DNA from: Porphyridium purpureum
Lineage: Eukaryota
Length of the DNA: 64,000 nt
Direction of reading: 5' to 3'
NCBI GenBank assembly: GCA_008690995.1
Contig: VRMN01000005.1
Coordinates: 372,001-436,000, forward strand
Shown here: piece by piece, positions 21,668 to 32,900 of the stretch
How the letters are laid out: each line of letters opens with the position of its first letter
How positions within the stretch are numbered: the first letter of the stretch is position 1
Translations under genes and position numbers: made by a program
Notes under the pieces: model-generated
The model's database searches: none
Told to the model about the DNA's origin: nothing
Seen by the model: the letters and a program-made list of their open reading frames with translations, nothing else

Positions 21668-23050
21668 TCACGCTATAGAGCCATTTTCCTCAACGCGTTT
21701 TGTTGCTGGCTCAGCCGTGTACCGATACAAAGCAATGTATCGCATTTCAAAAAACGCGCAGTAGAATGACGGAGAATGGAGCCCGCGCTCACAAAACGTA
21801 ACACCCATGCATGGCGTTGTGACGCACACGCTGAAAACTAGCGTTGGCTCCCTGCCCAGCTCACGCGAGAAAGCGATCAAAGAGATCCGACAATCAAGGC
21901 CAGTCACTACAATCCAGTCTGCCAGCGGATGAACGTCCATTGCAATGACGGGCGAGGCGTGAACTTGCATGGAGCAAAGCAGCTGCGGCTCCTGCCGTTC
22001 ATGAGACAACACGTTGAGATCGTACACAAGTACCACACCGCACAAGAGACCAATGCACAAAATACCGCCGCGCATTTTCATTGCGCATCCGATGAGTGCC
22101 TCTGGATCTTCGCACGTGACCGGCGCGTTTTTCAGCTGAATACTTCCAATCTCACGAAATGTGATGACATCTTGGCTGGCAACTTCAAGCTCCCAGATTC
22201 TCACGTTGCCATTTTCAGCAGCCGCGGCAACGTAAGGCACACCAAGCTGGTCGCAGCAAAGGGCACTGGTAGACGCACCTAAAGAACCCATAGTCACATC
22301 ATTCGACAGCTCTATTTGGTCCTTGTGCTTTCCGGGCAGTGGTGAAAAGCCCATCACGTGGCCCGTGTCAGTGCTGCAAAAGAGCATATTGCCCAACGCA
22401 ACCGAGGAAAGCGATACGAGGTGGCAGATACGCTGCACAATCACATTACCAGTCATGGACACATTCTTAAGGTAGAAGAGCGCCTCAATTTGCATCTTGA
22501 TATCTGACGAGGAAGGCGACGTATTTGCAAGCAAAACGATTGCCGCGGGTGACTTATCAGTGGCATCGATGGCAATTGCGAGTCGATCCGCGGGTTCAAT
22601 TTTGGAAGAAGAATGCACTTGCTTGGTGCGCCACCACTCCAGCGCAGTCAATCCATCCATGCGTTCATACGTTTGATACTGACTCGTCGCTTGTCTTTCA
22701 AGTTCTTCCGGGAACGAAACCGCCGATACCGATGACGTTGTCTGCTTGTCCGACTTGCTTTTGCTGTTTTTGCTGCTCTTTGACTTGGTTGCGGCCCCGC
22801 GTACAAGAGTTGAGCGCGCTGTCGCCCGCTCACGCAGTCGCTTGTCATTCAGCACATCCAGGCGCATCTCTGGGGGTCTTTCGCTGCGCCCGACCATTTC
22901 GGATGCCACGTCCGGACACTGGATCACTTGCACACTTCCGCCATGCACGAATGCCAAACGCCCAGCCCCGTCGAACGACAAGTTTTCCTGGAGTACTGAT
23001 CCGCGCAGCTCATTATCGAACAGCAGGAACACCGGCAGTGCGAAGGGCAT
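21668..23050 (-). CDS. WD40-repeat protein
   Basis: AAENGNVRIWE, GVVLVYD, VHASPVIAMDVHP..IVVTGLDCRI. Confidence 0.7.
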   Translation of the reverse strand: MPFALPVFLLFDNELRGSVLQENLSFDGAGRLAFVHGGSVQVIQCPDVASEMVGRSERPPEMRLDVLNDKRLRERATARSTLVRGAATKSKSSKNSKSKSDKQTTSSVSAVSFPEELERQATSQYQTYERMDGLTALEWWRTKQVHSSSKIEPADRLAIAIDATDKSPAAIVLLANTSPSSSDIKMQIEALFYLKNVSMTGNVIVQRICHLVSLSSVALGNMLFCSTDTGHVMGFSPLPGKHKDQIELSNDVTMGSLGASTSALCCDQLGVPYVAAAAENGNVRIWELEVASQDVITFREIGSIQLKNAPVTCEDPEALIGCAMKMRGGILCIGLLCGVVLVYDLNVLSHERQEPQLLCSMQVHASPVIAMDVHPLADWIVVTGLDCRISLIAFSRELGREPTLVFSVCVTTPCMGVTFCERGLHSPSFYCAFFEMRYIALYRYTAEPATKRVEENGSIA

Positions 23051-23262
23051 CGTACCTGTCGATCCTCAGAGACACCCTGAGCCTGCCGAGCCTTTACTGA
23101 CGTGTGGCCCACTCCGCCGCGCCTTCTTATCTCCTGCCGTCCTCTATCGATCGAGCAACACCAACACAAGCCACGAACACACTGCAGCACCGCGATCGAG
23201 CAGGCGACCAGACGTTCTCAGAGAAGAAGCAATTCAGTGTTGTGCATGCTGTGTACCTGCCT

Positions 23263-24492
23263 TTATTCGTCATCTTCGCTGTCCGACTCGACAGGATCCG
23301 GGCCGAAGCGCGGCGCATAGGTGTAGCAGCCCGGCTTGAGAGTGTTCGCGTGAATGAGTTTCGAGAGGATCTTCGGGCCCCACGAGAATACGCGGTCTTG
23401 CTCGCCCGATACAGCGTCCTCGATTCTGAACATGCCGCTGCGGATGCATCTCAGTGAAGAGACATGTGCGCACGAGCCAAGCGCGTTCGCGAGATCGTGA
23501 ACCAGCGTCCGCACGTACGTATGTCTGCTGCACTCAACACGGAAGCGTACAACAGGAAGGTCGAAGTCGATTACCTTGAAAGAATGAACCTGGATCGGTA
23601 GCGCCTCTGCTTGCACAATATTTCCGGCGAGCATGTGTTCATACATGGTTTTATCACCGACTCGCGCAGACGAATTTATCGGCGGCGTTTGCATGATGTC
23701 TCCCAGAAATTGGGCCGCGATAAGCTCCTCCATCTTTTCTCTGGTCACATGATCGTAGCAACATGAGTGGGTCACATCTCCGTCCGATTGATGTGTGTTT
23801 GTTGCCGTGCCAAACCTCGCTGTGCACTCAAACTCCCTCTCATCGGCCTGAAACTGGCTCATGATATCAATAGCGTCCTCAATGGCAATTACCAAAACAC
23901 CCGAAGCGAAATGACCCAGCGGCTGGATGTCTCTCACGCCAAGCCTGCCCAATCGTTTGATGCTCTTCAGCATGATTTTTTGGCCGTTCTCCTTCTTGAT
24001 AAAGAACCTGCTGAAGCCTTCGCCCTGCGCATTCATCGTTTGATCCCAATGTTTCACCTGAAACGAGTACATGTTCCGCCTCAGATTAGCCTCCAACAGC
24101 GCATTGAGTGATTTCTTCACGAAGTACACAGCCGTCTTCGAAGGAAGACCCTCGGGTTTATCCAAGACCAGGAAATGACACTCGGGCACCCTCTCGATGC
24201 CTATCTGATCCATTCTGATGCGAGCCTTCCTCAACTCTCGCTCCCAATTCCTGAGCGTCATTTCCTGCTCTTTCTTCTTCCTCCTCTTCTCGCGCTTCTT
24301 CGGATTCGAAAAGCTCCCACTGGTCAGGAGGTCATACTGCCGCGACGTCATTGCGCGCGAGAAACGACCGTCGCGTGTCACGTGCCATATTGAATCCCGC
24401 CGCGATCGCATCGCATTTGACATCATACTTCCTCGCGCGCCGCACAGGCTCGCCATGCGCTTCAGCACAGCCGCACATTCAGACCAGTACAT
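23263..24492 (-). CDS. TruB-family pseudouridine synthase-like protein, probably organellar, lacking the catalytic Asp
   Basis: LDKPEG, FGTATNTHQSDG, QTPPINSS, CSRHTYVRTLVHDL..LG. Motif II reads QPLGHFASGVL. Confidence 0.8.
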   Translation of the reverse strand: MYWSECAAVLKRMASLCGARGSMMSNAMRSRRDSIWHVTRDGRFSRAMTSRQYDLLTSGSFSNPKKREKRRKKKEQEMTLRNWERELRKARIRMDQIGIERVPECHFLVLDKPEGLPSKTAVYFVKKSLNALLEANLRRNMYSFQVKHWDQTMNAQGEGFSRFFIKKENGQKIMLKSIKRLGRLGVRDIQPLGHFASGVLVIAIEDAIDIMSQFQADEREFECTARFGTATNTHQSDGDVTHSCCYDHVTREKMEELIAAQFLGDIMQTPPINSSARVGDKTMYEHMLAGNIVQAEALPIQVHSFKVIDFDLPVVRFRVECSRHTYVRTLVHDLANALGSCAHVSSLRCIRSGMFRIEDAVSGEQDRVFSWGPKILSKLIHANTLKPGCYTYAPRFGPDPVESDSEDDE

Positions 24493-24672
24493 GATTTCAT
24501 CCGAGGTGCTGTCGACATCATCCGTTCTTGCGCGTGCATCCGCCAGCCCGCCTGACGCTCTCTGTCGATTTCGACTGCCTCGCCACGCCACTTGTTCGGC
24601 TGCAGCGCGTGTCAGACAGACTGTGAGCAAAAATTGCTCGGCGAGAGAGAGTCGGAGAGAGATCGAGTGAAG

Positions 24673-25530
24673 ATGGCCTCGGCAGCGGCAGGAGGGGCGC
24701 CCGGATGGGACGCGCTGCGAAAAGAAGCGCGGCTGCTGGAGAATGAACTGGACGACAAGCTGGTCGCGTACGGCCGGATGGCTGTGACAGTGGCGGCGAC
24801 AAAGCAGCCTGTAGCCAGCGTATCTGGAGCAGCACCGGGTGTGAGTGCGCCGAGTCCGGCAAAGGGGGACTCGGCGAATGCAGTTGGGTTGACACAAAGG
24901 AGGGCCGGCGGCGCTGCGGATGCGGCCGAAGCTATGGTGGCTGAGATCGAGGCCCTGTTGGAGAGGCTGTCGGACGTGGTGGACCGAATGGGCGCTTTGG
25001 CGTCGCCGGTGTCGAAAACCGGTGAAAAAGGCGCAAATGTATCGTCCGGTACGCCGTCGAACGCATCAATTCATGCCTTCCAGAGACACTCAGAGATTCT
25101 TTCCGATTTCCGGACCGAGTTTCGGCGGACAAAGAGCACTATCAAGGTCGCACGCGACCGAATGGAGCTGGTGAGCGGGAGTGGCATTAGTGCGAATGGC
25201 AGCGCGATGGGAGGTGCACACCTTCGAGCAAGTGCCGCGATGAACGCCGCCGGTCCGGACGCGCTCCATGCTGAACGCGCGGCGCTGGTTGGCGCAAGCG
25301 CGAGCGCCGACAGCGCGATCGAAAAAAGCGTCACGTTGCGTGATGAGCTTGAGCGACAGAGGTCTAATTTTGCGAGCATGATGAGTCGAATGGAGGAGGC
25401 TAGTGGCAGGTTTCCTGTGTTGAATCGGCTGATCGGACAGCTGAAGCGGAAGAAGAGACGAGATATGTATGTTCTGGCGGCCGTCGTTAGCATCTTGGCA
25501 TTTCTGACCGTCCTCTGGAAGCTGTTTTAG
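24673..25530 (+). CDS. GOS1: Golgi Qb-SNARE GOS1/GS28
   Basis: WDALRKEARLLENELDDKL, QRHSEILSDFRTEF, RFPVLNRLI..KRKKRRD and a C-terminal TM anchor. Confidence 0.9.
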   Translation: MASAAAGGAPGWDALRKEARLLENELDDKLVAYGRMAVTVAATKQPVASVSGAAPGVSAPSPAKGDSANAVGLTQRRAGGAADAAEAMVAEIEALLERLSDVVDRMGALASPVSKTGEKGANVSSGTPSNASIHAFQRHSEILSDFRTEFRRTKSTIKVARDRMELVSGSGISANGSAMGGAHLRASAAMNAAGPDALHAERAALVGASASADSAIEKSVTLRDELERQRSNFASMMSRMEEASGRFPVLNRLIGQLKRKKRRDMYVLAAVVSILAFLTVLWKLF

Positions 25531-25728
25531 CTTGGGCACGTTGATTTTGATTTATGACTGATCCACTTATCTATATTCTTCAGGCGACGAAGGAGGTAGG
25601 AAGAATTTACACAAGGAGCACTCTCGCCGTGATGCGCGGATCTTGCCAGGAAGTTGGGCAGAGGACGAAGCCATGCGCACGCTCTTATCACATATGCTGG
25701 TTATAGAACGACTTCCCAAAAGGGCTAA

Positions 25729-28176
25729 TCAATACCGAATCGCCGCCAACGTCCGCTTCGCGTCCTCCTCCTCTTTCGGATTGAGACCCAAACCGGCGCG
25801 CGGCTGCATCACCGGCTCTACCATTTCCTTTGTCGAAGGCGTGTCTTCTTCACCGATCCAGCTACGCTTGCTGCCAAACGTATCCCGACCTGTCCAATAA
25901 CCCAGGCGGCTTAAGAAGGGATGGTCATTCGCTTGTTCGTCTTCGTAAATCCCAGCCCTTACTACGGTTGCCCGATTGGAATTTGGGAGGAGCAGTGCCG
26001 TGCGTGAGCGACTTTGACTAACTGCACCGAATTTCGGACTACCATCTCCAGAACTCTCGACGCGCTCATATTGCGGATACCCGTCCATCAGCTGCAATGC
26101 ATGCATCATGGAGCGCTGCGGCCGTGATCCACCAAGCGGCAAACTCTCCTCATTTAAAATTCTCAACAGGTGAGTTTCCCAAAGTTCCTCAAATTCTGTC
26201 CACTGCTCAAGTTCGATTCCGGGTGTATGAGATTCACCACGATTTCTGATCCGGCTCACGGTAAAATGCACGCAGCACGCAAGCTGGATGCAATGACTCA
26301 AGAAAGTATTTCCCGCGCCGTTACTTTCCCATTCCGCACCATATCGGTCCCATGCCCGCAGAATCCGACGCGTCACATCTCCATCTTTCAGAAGACGCCG
26401 ACGAATAGAAACCACAGATTCCTCCTCTGCTCCTTCTGGATTGCACAAGATTAGCACAGACTCCACCGCTCGCTCTGTGACACGATGCAGGACCGAGTTC
26501 ATGGGAAAGATTTCGCACAGATCTAGCAAAATGGCGGCGGCTCCGTGGTCAAGTATGCTTGCTCTTGTACGTGTGCTGCCGTTTTGCAAGCAGGATGCAA
26601 TAAATTCCACTAACGCTAATCTCGAGCGGCCAAGTTGGGCTAAATGCAACTTGGTAGAGGCTGCAAGACATTCTAGCACTCTCGGAATCGCGCGACTGAG
26701 CTCGGCCTCGAAAGCTGATATCGAGCACTGAGCAGCTGAGACCATGTACGCATAATCCAGGCATTTTTTGCAAAGTGAGGCGGCCAATGCAAGCACCTCC
26801 ACGTCAGCCATGCCGTCCGCCGCATACTGTGCTTGATAGCTGTGGTCACTTCCAACCCTCAAAATGCTTCCCACTGCCGTGGCATTCTCATAAATATTCA
26901 GGTACCAAACGGGCCGACGGTGCTTGTGCTTGACCAACAGACCACCGGTCATTTGCACAATGGACGCAAAAAACTGTACTGCATTCTCCATCGCCATCCT
27001 CATTCTCAATGTTCTCAAAGGTATCGCCGATTCGCGAGTCGTCGCGGCGGCTGCAAAAGTATCAGCCAACAAGTCGTAAACTCGAACTTGGCTAAAGAGA
27101 AGCAGGCTCTGTTCAAACTCCTTCTCTGTGCGTACTCTGGCACCTGCAACCTCCAGCGCCGAAATAGAGAGCGCAAGCTGTTCCAAAAAATCAAGCACGG
27201 TCGGTTCGTGAATGTGCAGAACCAGCGATGCCAGAATATCATGATGTCTTACTAGGTGCTGACTGATTGGCTTAAAGTCCTCTTTGCAGAGTGCAATAAG
27301 CATTTCACAAAGACGCGCGCGGTGACACAGCGCTTTGTGCGAAGGTTCGTTCGCGTCTTCATATCCCTTTGTCGCATGGACCCCTTGCGTCAGCGCGGAG
27401 AACACGCTGCTCAGAAGCAGTTGGTTTCGTGTGATCAGAAGCCGAATGGCCGGGGGGCCAAGGGCGACGACACGCGAGATGCTAGCGACGCGAGCTGAGT
27501 TGCGATCGTCCTCCTCCTGCTCCTGCTTGACGTCATCACTGTTGACGATAACGGCCGATGGGGCGGATTCAGAGACGATACTGACCAGCGTGGCAACCGA
27601 TGCCGGGTTGGTAAGCACCGCAAACAATCGCGAGGACAGCAAAAACGGGAGCTGTTCGTTCAAGTTGGCCATGGCGTCTACAAGAGATACGAGTGGCTCA
27701 TCACCTGCCTCCACACCTTCCAGAACAAGTCGGAACATTCGTGCTGACACTCCGGGTCTCTCGGGCGGCTCCAACAACCCAGATGCGCCATGGTGCGCGC
27801 GAGAGGGCGTCGCGGAATCCGAAGCGCTTGTTGCTTTTAACCTGGACACTGTGAGCGATGTAATCCAGTCTCCGCGCAGCATGGACGACAGTCGGGACAC
27901 GCCTGAGGTAGAAGTCGATGTCGACGCCATGCTCGGTAGGGATTCACTGGGAAGGGTCGTTTCACGATTCACATTGAACAATGCGCGGTTGCTTTCCTTT
28001 TGAGCACCGAAAGATCCGGGAAATTGCTGCTCTAATGATAAGGGACGCGGTGTCTGGATTCGCTCCAAAGCAACTCCGTCACTGCCCACCATCTCGTACG
28101 GCACTCCCAGGACGAAATGTACCAAGCTGCGCCACAGCTCATACAGCACGGACGCACATCGCGCTATCCGGTCCAT
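25729..28176 (-). CDS. SAPS/SIT4-associated (PP6 regulatory subunit)-like helical protein (start uncertain)
   Basis: 'LGRSRLALVEFIA' and 'LLDLCEIFPMNSVLH' resemble SAPS 'LGxxRLxxxExxA' and 'FPWNNFLH'. Confidence 0.55.
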   Translation of the reverse strand: MDRIARCASVLYELWRSLVHFVLGVPYEMVGSDGVALERIQTPRPLSLEQQFPGSFGAQKESNRALFNVNRETTLPSESLPSMASTSTSTSGVSRLSSMLRGDWITSLTVSRLKATSASDSATPSRAHHGASGLLEPPERPGVSARMFRLVLEGVEAGDEPLVSLVDAMANLNEQLPFLLSSRLFAVLTNPASVATLVSIVSESAPSAVIVNSDDVKQEQEEDDRNSARVASISRVVALGPPAIRLLITRNQLLLSSVFSALTQGVHATKGYEDANEPSHKALCHRARLCEMLIALCKEDFKPISQHLVRHHDILASLVLHIHEPTVLDFLEQLALSISALEVAGARVRTEKEFEQSLLLFSQVRVYDLLADTFAAAATTRESAIPLRTLRMRMAMENAVQFFASIVQMTGGLLVKHKHRRPVWYLNIYENATAVGSILRVGSDHSYQAQYAADGMADVEVLALAASLCKKCLDYAYMVSAAQCSISAFEAELSRAIPRVLECLAASTKLHLAQLGRSRLALVEFIASCLQNGSTRTRASILDHGAAAILLDLCEIFPMNSVLHRVTERAVESVLILCNPEGAEEESVVSIRRRLLKDGDVTRRILRAWDRYGAEWESNGAGNTFLSHCIQLACCVHFTVSRIRNRGESHTPGIELEQWTEFEELWETHLLRILNEESLPLGGSRPQRSMMHALQLMDGYPQYERVESSGDGSPKFGAVSQSRSRTALLLPNSNRATVVRAGIYEDEQANDHPFLSRLGYWTGRDTFGSKRSWIGEEDTPSTKEMVEPVMQPRAGLGLNPKEEEDAKRTLAAIRY

Positions 28177-28668
28177 CCAAGCCTCGGCCCGCGCGCCCTG
28201 AACAGCAAGACGCGTCACTACCAATCCGCTTCCTCCAGGTACGCGCGACGCCCAGCTGTCGTTCTGTTCGTTTGCGTGAGTTGTCCACTCGAATTCCAAC
28301 CCATATATCTCTCTTCCGCGCGACGCGTCAATCACTGCCCGGCTTTGATAACGACCTACCAAGCGCTACGGCACATTGACCCGTACATCGGCATCAACTA
28401 TTTGCGCTCTCCACACGCATGCCGCGCGTCCCTCCCGCTGTGCTGGCTCGCTCCTCCTCTGCGCCCACTTCGTCTGCGCTCTCCGTCGAACACCAAGCAC
28501 CGGACTACCAAAAAGTACAGTCTAAGTGTACGTTTGCGTATGTAAATGGATCGATTTAATAGAGAGCGGTGGAAGCCGAACCGACGAACTCGGGGACATG
28601 GGATATTGCCAAGCGTGTTTGGTCTTAAGGAGGAAAGGAAGGTGTTGGAGGGAACAGGACGGAAAAAA

Positions 28669-28956
28669 ATGGGGGAAAGTCTGAGGTCGCGGAGCAAGTG
28701 GAGCCCGCCGCCGCCGCCGCAGGGCGCGCTGAACGTGCTGCACCGCGCGACGGTGCGCGTGCTCGCGGGGTTCTCGGTCACGGGGTTGAGCCTGTTCATG
28801 CTGATTTCGGTCCTCGGCATTGGCAGGGGGCTGTACCACCGGCATGAGTACCGCAAGGCACAGGCATTGAAGCGGGAGGAGCAGGGGCTGCTGATTGCGC
28901 GCGAGAACCAAGCTGTTGCGGAGCAGGCGGCCGACTCGCAAACTTCGCAAAGCTAG
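28669..28956 (+). CDS. Small single-TM protein, COX14-like
   Basis: 'LNVLHRATVRVLAGFSV' followed by a TM and a basic tail, similar to fungal Cox14 'HRxTV'. Confidence 0.45.
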   Translation: MGESLRSRSKWSPPPPPQGALNVLHRATVRVLAGFSVTGLSLFMLISVLGIGRGLYHRHEYRKAQALKREEQGLLIARENQAVAEQAADSQTSQS

Positions 28957-29838
28957 CTCGCGCCCTTTATTGATCTGTTGCCGACTTGATCATCTTTCGC
29001 CGTGGCGACTCGCGTGACGCGGTTCTGCAGGTGGTGAACATACCGGGCAGGATATGATCCCGGGCTGGTAGTGTGTGTCGTCCACCATGTTGCGTGTATT
29101 CTTGCATACAAGCAAAACGTGAGCGCCCGACTGAGAGCTTCAATTTTCTCCCGTCAATATCCCCCAAAGCCCATCTATTCGTGGCTAGATTCACGCGCAG
29201 GCGAGAAGAGTAATTGATTAAATTGTATGACTAGCCGTTAGCCATCTTCGCATGTCGTTTTATTTTCTTGGTGCATTCCATTCGTTGATTTGTCAGCTCA
29301 CCCTTTCCGCATTCGTCACACGATCACCAGTGCGTGACGAACACCGGACCTCGAAACCCGAACCTGAAGTCCGGAAACACGCTTCCGCGGTGTCGAACAC
29401 GATTCCATGACACGCCTGGCCTCCCACACACCAGCACCGTCCGGCTGGTCGCTCGGCAGGACGCCTTTCGCGCCTTGCTTGAACCCGGTACGCGCTGTAC
29501 ACTTCTGTGCAGCTGGCGTACAGTCCACTTCCGCCTTCCGCCCTTTTTTTAACCGCCAGAAAAATCACGCGCGAGATGAATCATGCGTGAAAGAAGTACA
29601 GTCCTGGCGTGCTCATTGTGTACAGTGGTCGTTGCAAGTAGTGTTCAGTTGGCGGTGGTGGTGTTTGAGTAGTGTACAGTGTGCGCGCATCTCGTGAGCA
29701 CACGCGCGTGCACGTGCGACCGAAGAGCGCGAACCGAGGCGAGAATTCCGTGCGTGCGCGACTGGCGGCAAGTGCGGAGGCACCGGAGAGCGCGCTGGGA
29801 CAAACGAGGAGGAGGAGCAGTTGCTGCAGCAGCGCGGA

Positions 29839-29905
29839 TGCGTGTGCGTGTGCGTATGCGTGTGCGTGTGCGTGTGTATGTATAGAGATAGGGATAGAGA
29901 GAGAA
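29839..29905. repeat. (TGCGTG)n alternating purine-pyrimidine microsatellite followed by an AG-rich tract
   Basis: Seen directly, just upstream of ATG 29911. Confidence 0.8.
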
Positions 29906-29910
29906 ATAGC

Positions 29911-32900
29911 ATGGGGAGCGCGGCCGCGCCATGGATGCATGCACGCGCGCACACGCACCAGGAAGCGGCCTCGCCGCACGCAAGGGACGTTGTCGAGCCG
30001 CCAGATGCGCCCGCAGGATCGACGCGCAGGCCGCGGGCAACGGCCAGATCTGAGATGAAGGATGCCGCGTCGGCAACGCCGTCGCGTGAGGACGAGCCGT
30101 GCAGACGGACAGAGCAGGACGCGGCGCGAGGCGGGTCCAGTCAACAGCCGCAGAGCGCATCGGTGCCGCTGGCCAGGCACAAAGCAAAGCCGCGCGCTTC
30201 GTGTGCAGGGAAGTATCAGGACGGAGCGTTCGCAGATGCGGCCGTGGTGATGCTGGATGCGGCTGGAACACAGAGCGCTGCGCCGCAAGAGCACTCTCAG
30301 CAGGATGTCATGATGCACGCAGTCAGAGCATTGCGCGAGTTTATGGACAAGCAACTTGCTGAGTGCCTCGCAGCTTCGATGGATTGCGGCAACGCCAGCG
30401 GCAGTGCCGGCGCAGATTTCGGCGTCGATGACGGCCCCAGTCTTCGTGAAGCTCCCTCTGAACCGCGCGTGGTCCGCGTACGGGTCAAGCTGGAAACCGA
30501 ACTTCCCGCGCTGGCGTGGTTGCGCGCGTTCGGTGGAGAGCAAGAGCGCATCTTCTTTCGCGACAAGGAGTGCAGTTTTGAAACCGCAGGCATTCGCTTC
30601 GCGCTGCGTGAGACGGCATATGGATACAGTGCAGCAAAACACGAGCGGCTCGTGTGCATGCTCCCGCTCTCCGAGCAAGGCATCTCGCAGGCCAAGTTTT
30701 ACGGATGCCAGCGCTTTGACGATTCAGCCGCATCACAAGCGTCGTGTGAGTGGGCAGATTTTGGCGGGTACACGTACGTACTTCCGCTTCTTGAGTATCA
30801 AAGAATAGGGAAAGAGGACTGCTCGGAGCCGCCGCTGCAAGGCGCTTGCGAGGCTTTCCTCACGATCAACTTAGTCTTAGAAGGTGCCTCGGATGAGAGG
30901 GAGCGATGTGCGTCACGAAAATCCACCATACTGCAAGCGATTTCAGCACTCGCCTCGGCCGAGTTGGCGATGGGAAGTCAGACAGCAAAGACTCAAGCTG
31001 CTCTGTCCGGTTGGCCTGATGCGGCAGCAGGCCTTACTTCGTTTCGGGAGCGCGTGAATGATGATTATGGGGCCTGGGAGACGTCAATTGAGGCGGCCAA
31101 GGGGGGATTTGCGTTGAAAAAGTATCAGAAAATCGTGCTGGCGCGGCGAAAGACATTTGAAGCGCTCGGCAATCAGACCGATCCCGTCGACATTTTGGAG
31201 CGACTCGTGCACTCCTGTAATGTTGGGTACTTGTTCTGCCTGCAGCTTAATTCCAGCAGCGCGTTTCTGGGTTGCAGCCCAGAGCGCCTTTTCAGATTGT
31301 CGAATGGCTGCATAGCCACTGAGGCCGTCGCCGGTACAATCAAGAACAGTCAGGAGAAGAAGCGACAGGAGGAAGCAGAGCGGCAGCTGCTGTCGTCGCT
31401 CAAGGACCTTGAAGAACACCGCATTGTAGTGGAATACATACAGCAGGCTCTCGAAAGTATCTTGCACGACTCCACGCGAAGTGGTTGCGACGAGGTGGTC
31501 TCAGTCCGCGGTCCAGAACTGCTGCGACTGCCACATTTGATGCACATTCGCACAAGTCTGGAAGCGACTGTGGCGAACGATACCGAGTCTTCTCAAACAC
31601 ACGCGCGCGTCACCTTTCGGCTGCTGGATGCCTTACATCCGACACCCGCGGTGTGCGGTTTACCAAAGCAGCTCGCCCAGCAGGACATCCTGCGCTTAGA
31701 GCGCTTTGATCGCGGCTGCTACGCAGGCCCGTTTGGGTACTTTGGATCGAACTGCGCAGACTACTGCGTTGCTATTCGCTCAGGTCTTGTCAAGGCGGAC
31801 CGCGTACTCATCTATGGTGGAGCCGGCATAGTGCCCGAGTCGGTTGCGCGCAGTGAATGGGATGAAATCGAGCTCAAGCTGTCCACCTTTGCGCGCGCCC
31901 TCGAAACTCGCGCCCTCGAAACTCGCGACCCGAAACAGCCTCTCCCATTCGGTGTGAATCAAAGTGGTGCTCGTGCCTTGCTTCCAAAGGCAAGCAATTC
32001 AAGTAATCAGCCTGATGAAAGGCACGATTTGGCCAATGGAAATGTAGCTGCAGACTCGGCGCGGGCAGCGGCAACTTTTGTAGCTGCTGGCGGTGCCGCC
32101 TCGGCCTCGGGCGTCCCGCCGCCTTTTGGTGGCACGAGTGCCGTGCCGCAACTTTTGTTGAGCGAAAACTTGAACATGCTGTGGGGTTCCTGTATTGTTG
32201 AAGAGCTGGTACGCCTGGGTATCGAGCAATTTTTTGTTTGTCCTGGCTCGCGTTCGTCACCGCTCGCTATTGGTGTGATGCGCTGTGCTCGAGCACGGTA
32301 TCTGTCATGCCATGACGAACGCGGAGCTGCGTTCATGGCGGTCGGATTTGGGCGTGTGGCACATGGAATTCGCAGGAAGCCGGCTGCTGTGATTACGTCT
32401 TCAGGAACAGCAGTTGCAAACCTTCTGCCGGCTTGTGTGGAGGCCTTTCAAGACGATATCCCACTGCTGCTCCTGACCGCAGATCGACCTCCTGAGCTGC
32501 GCGATGTGGGAGCCAACCAGGCGATTGATCAGGTGAAGCTTTTAGGCAAGCACGTGCGCTGGTTCAAGGATTTCCCATGTCCAGGACCTGACTCAAATAA
32601 GCAGGGGCGCTGCATCGAAAATCTACTCAGCGACATTGACTATGCAGTGTCTCAGGCGTGTTCACGCGGGCGCGCAGGTCCCGTGCACTTGAATTTTATG
32701 TTTCGAGAAACTCTGGCGCCTGAGCCGGAGGAACGCAAACCACCCTCAGCGGACCACGAGCCCTTCACGTCAGAACCTTGCGAAGTCAGTCAACTGATGA
32801 TTCGACGCCCAAACTTGCTCAATTGGGTATGGTCAAGCTTTCCGTGGTGTTCATACAGCCAGCCATGTGCAGATGCGTATAACCAGGGAAATGCGGCATG

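Noticed and set aside
24493..24897. N-terminal extension of the TruB-like ORF overlapping GOS1
   Set aside because: It is antisense to the conserved GOS1 N-terminus. ATG 24492 gives a normal 180-bp divergent spacer.
29581..30678. 365-aa antisense ORF
   Set aside because: Shadow of menF-menD plus microsatellite-derived HA/HT repeats; no domain.
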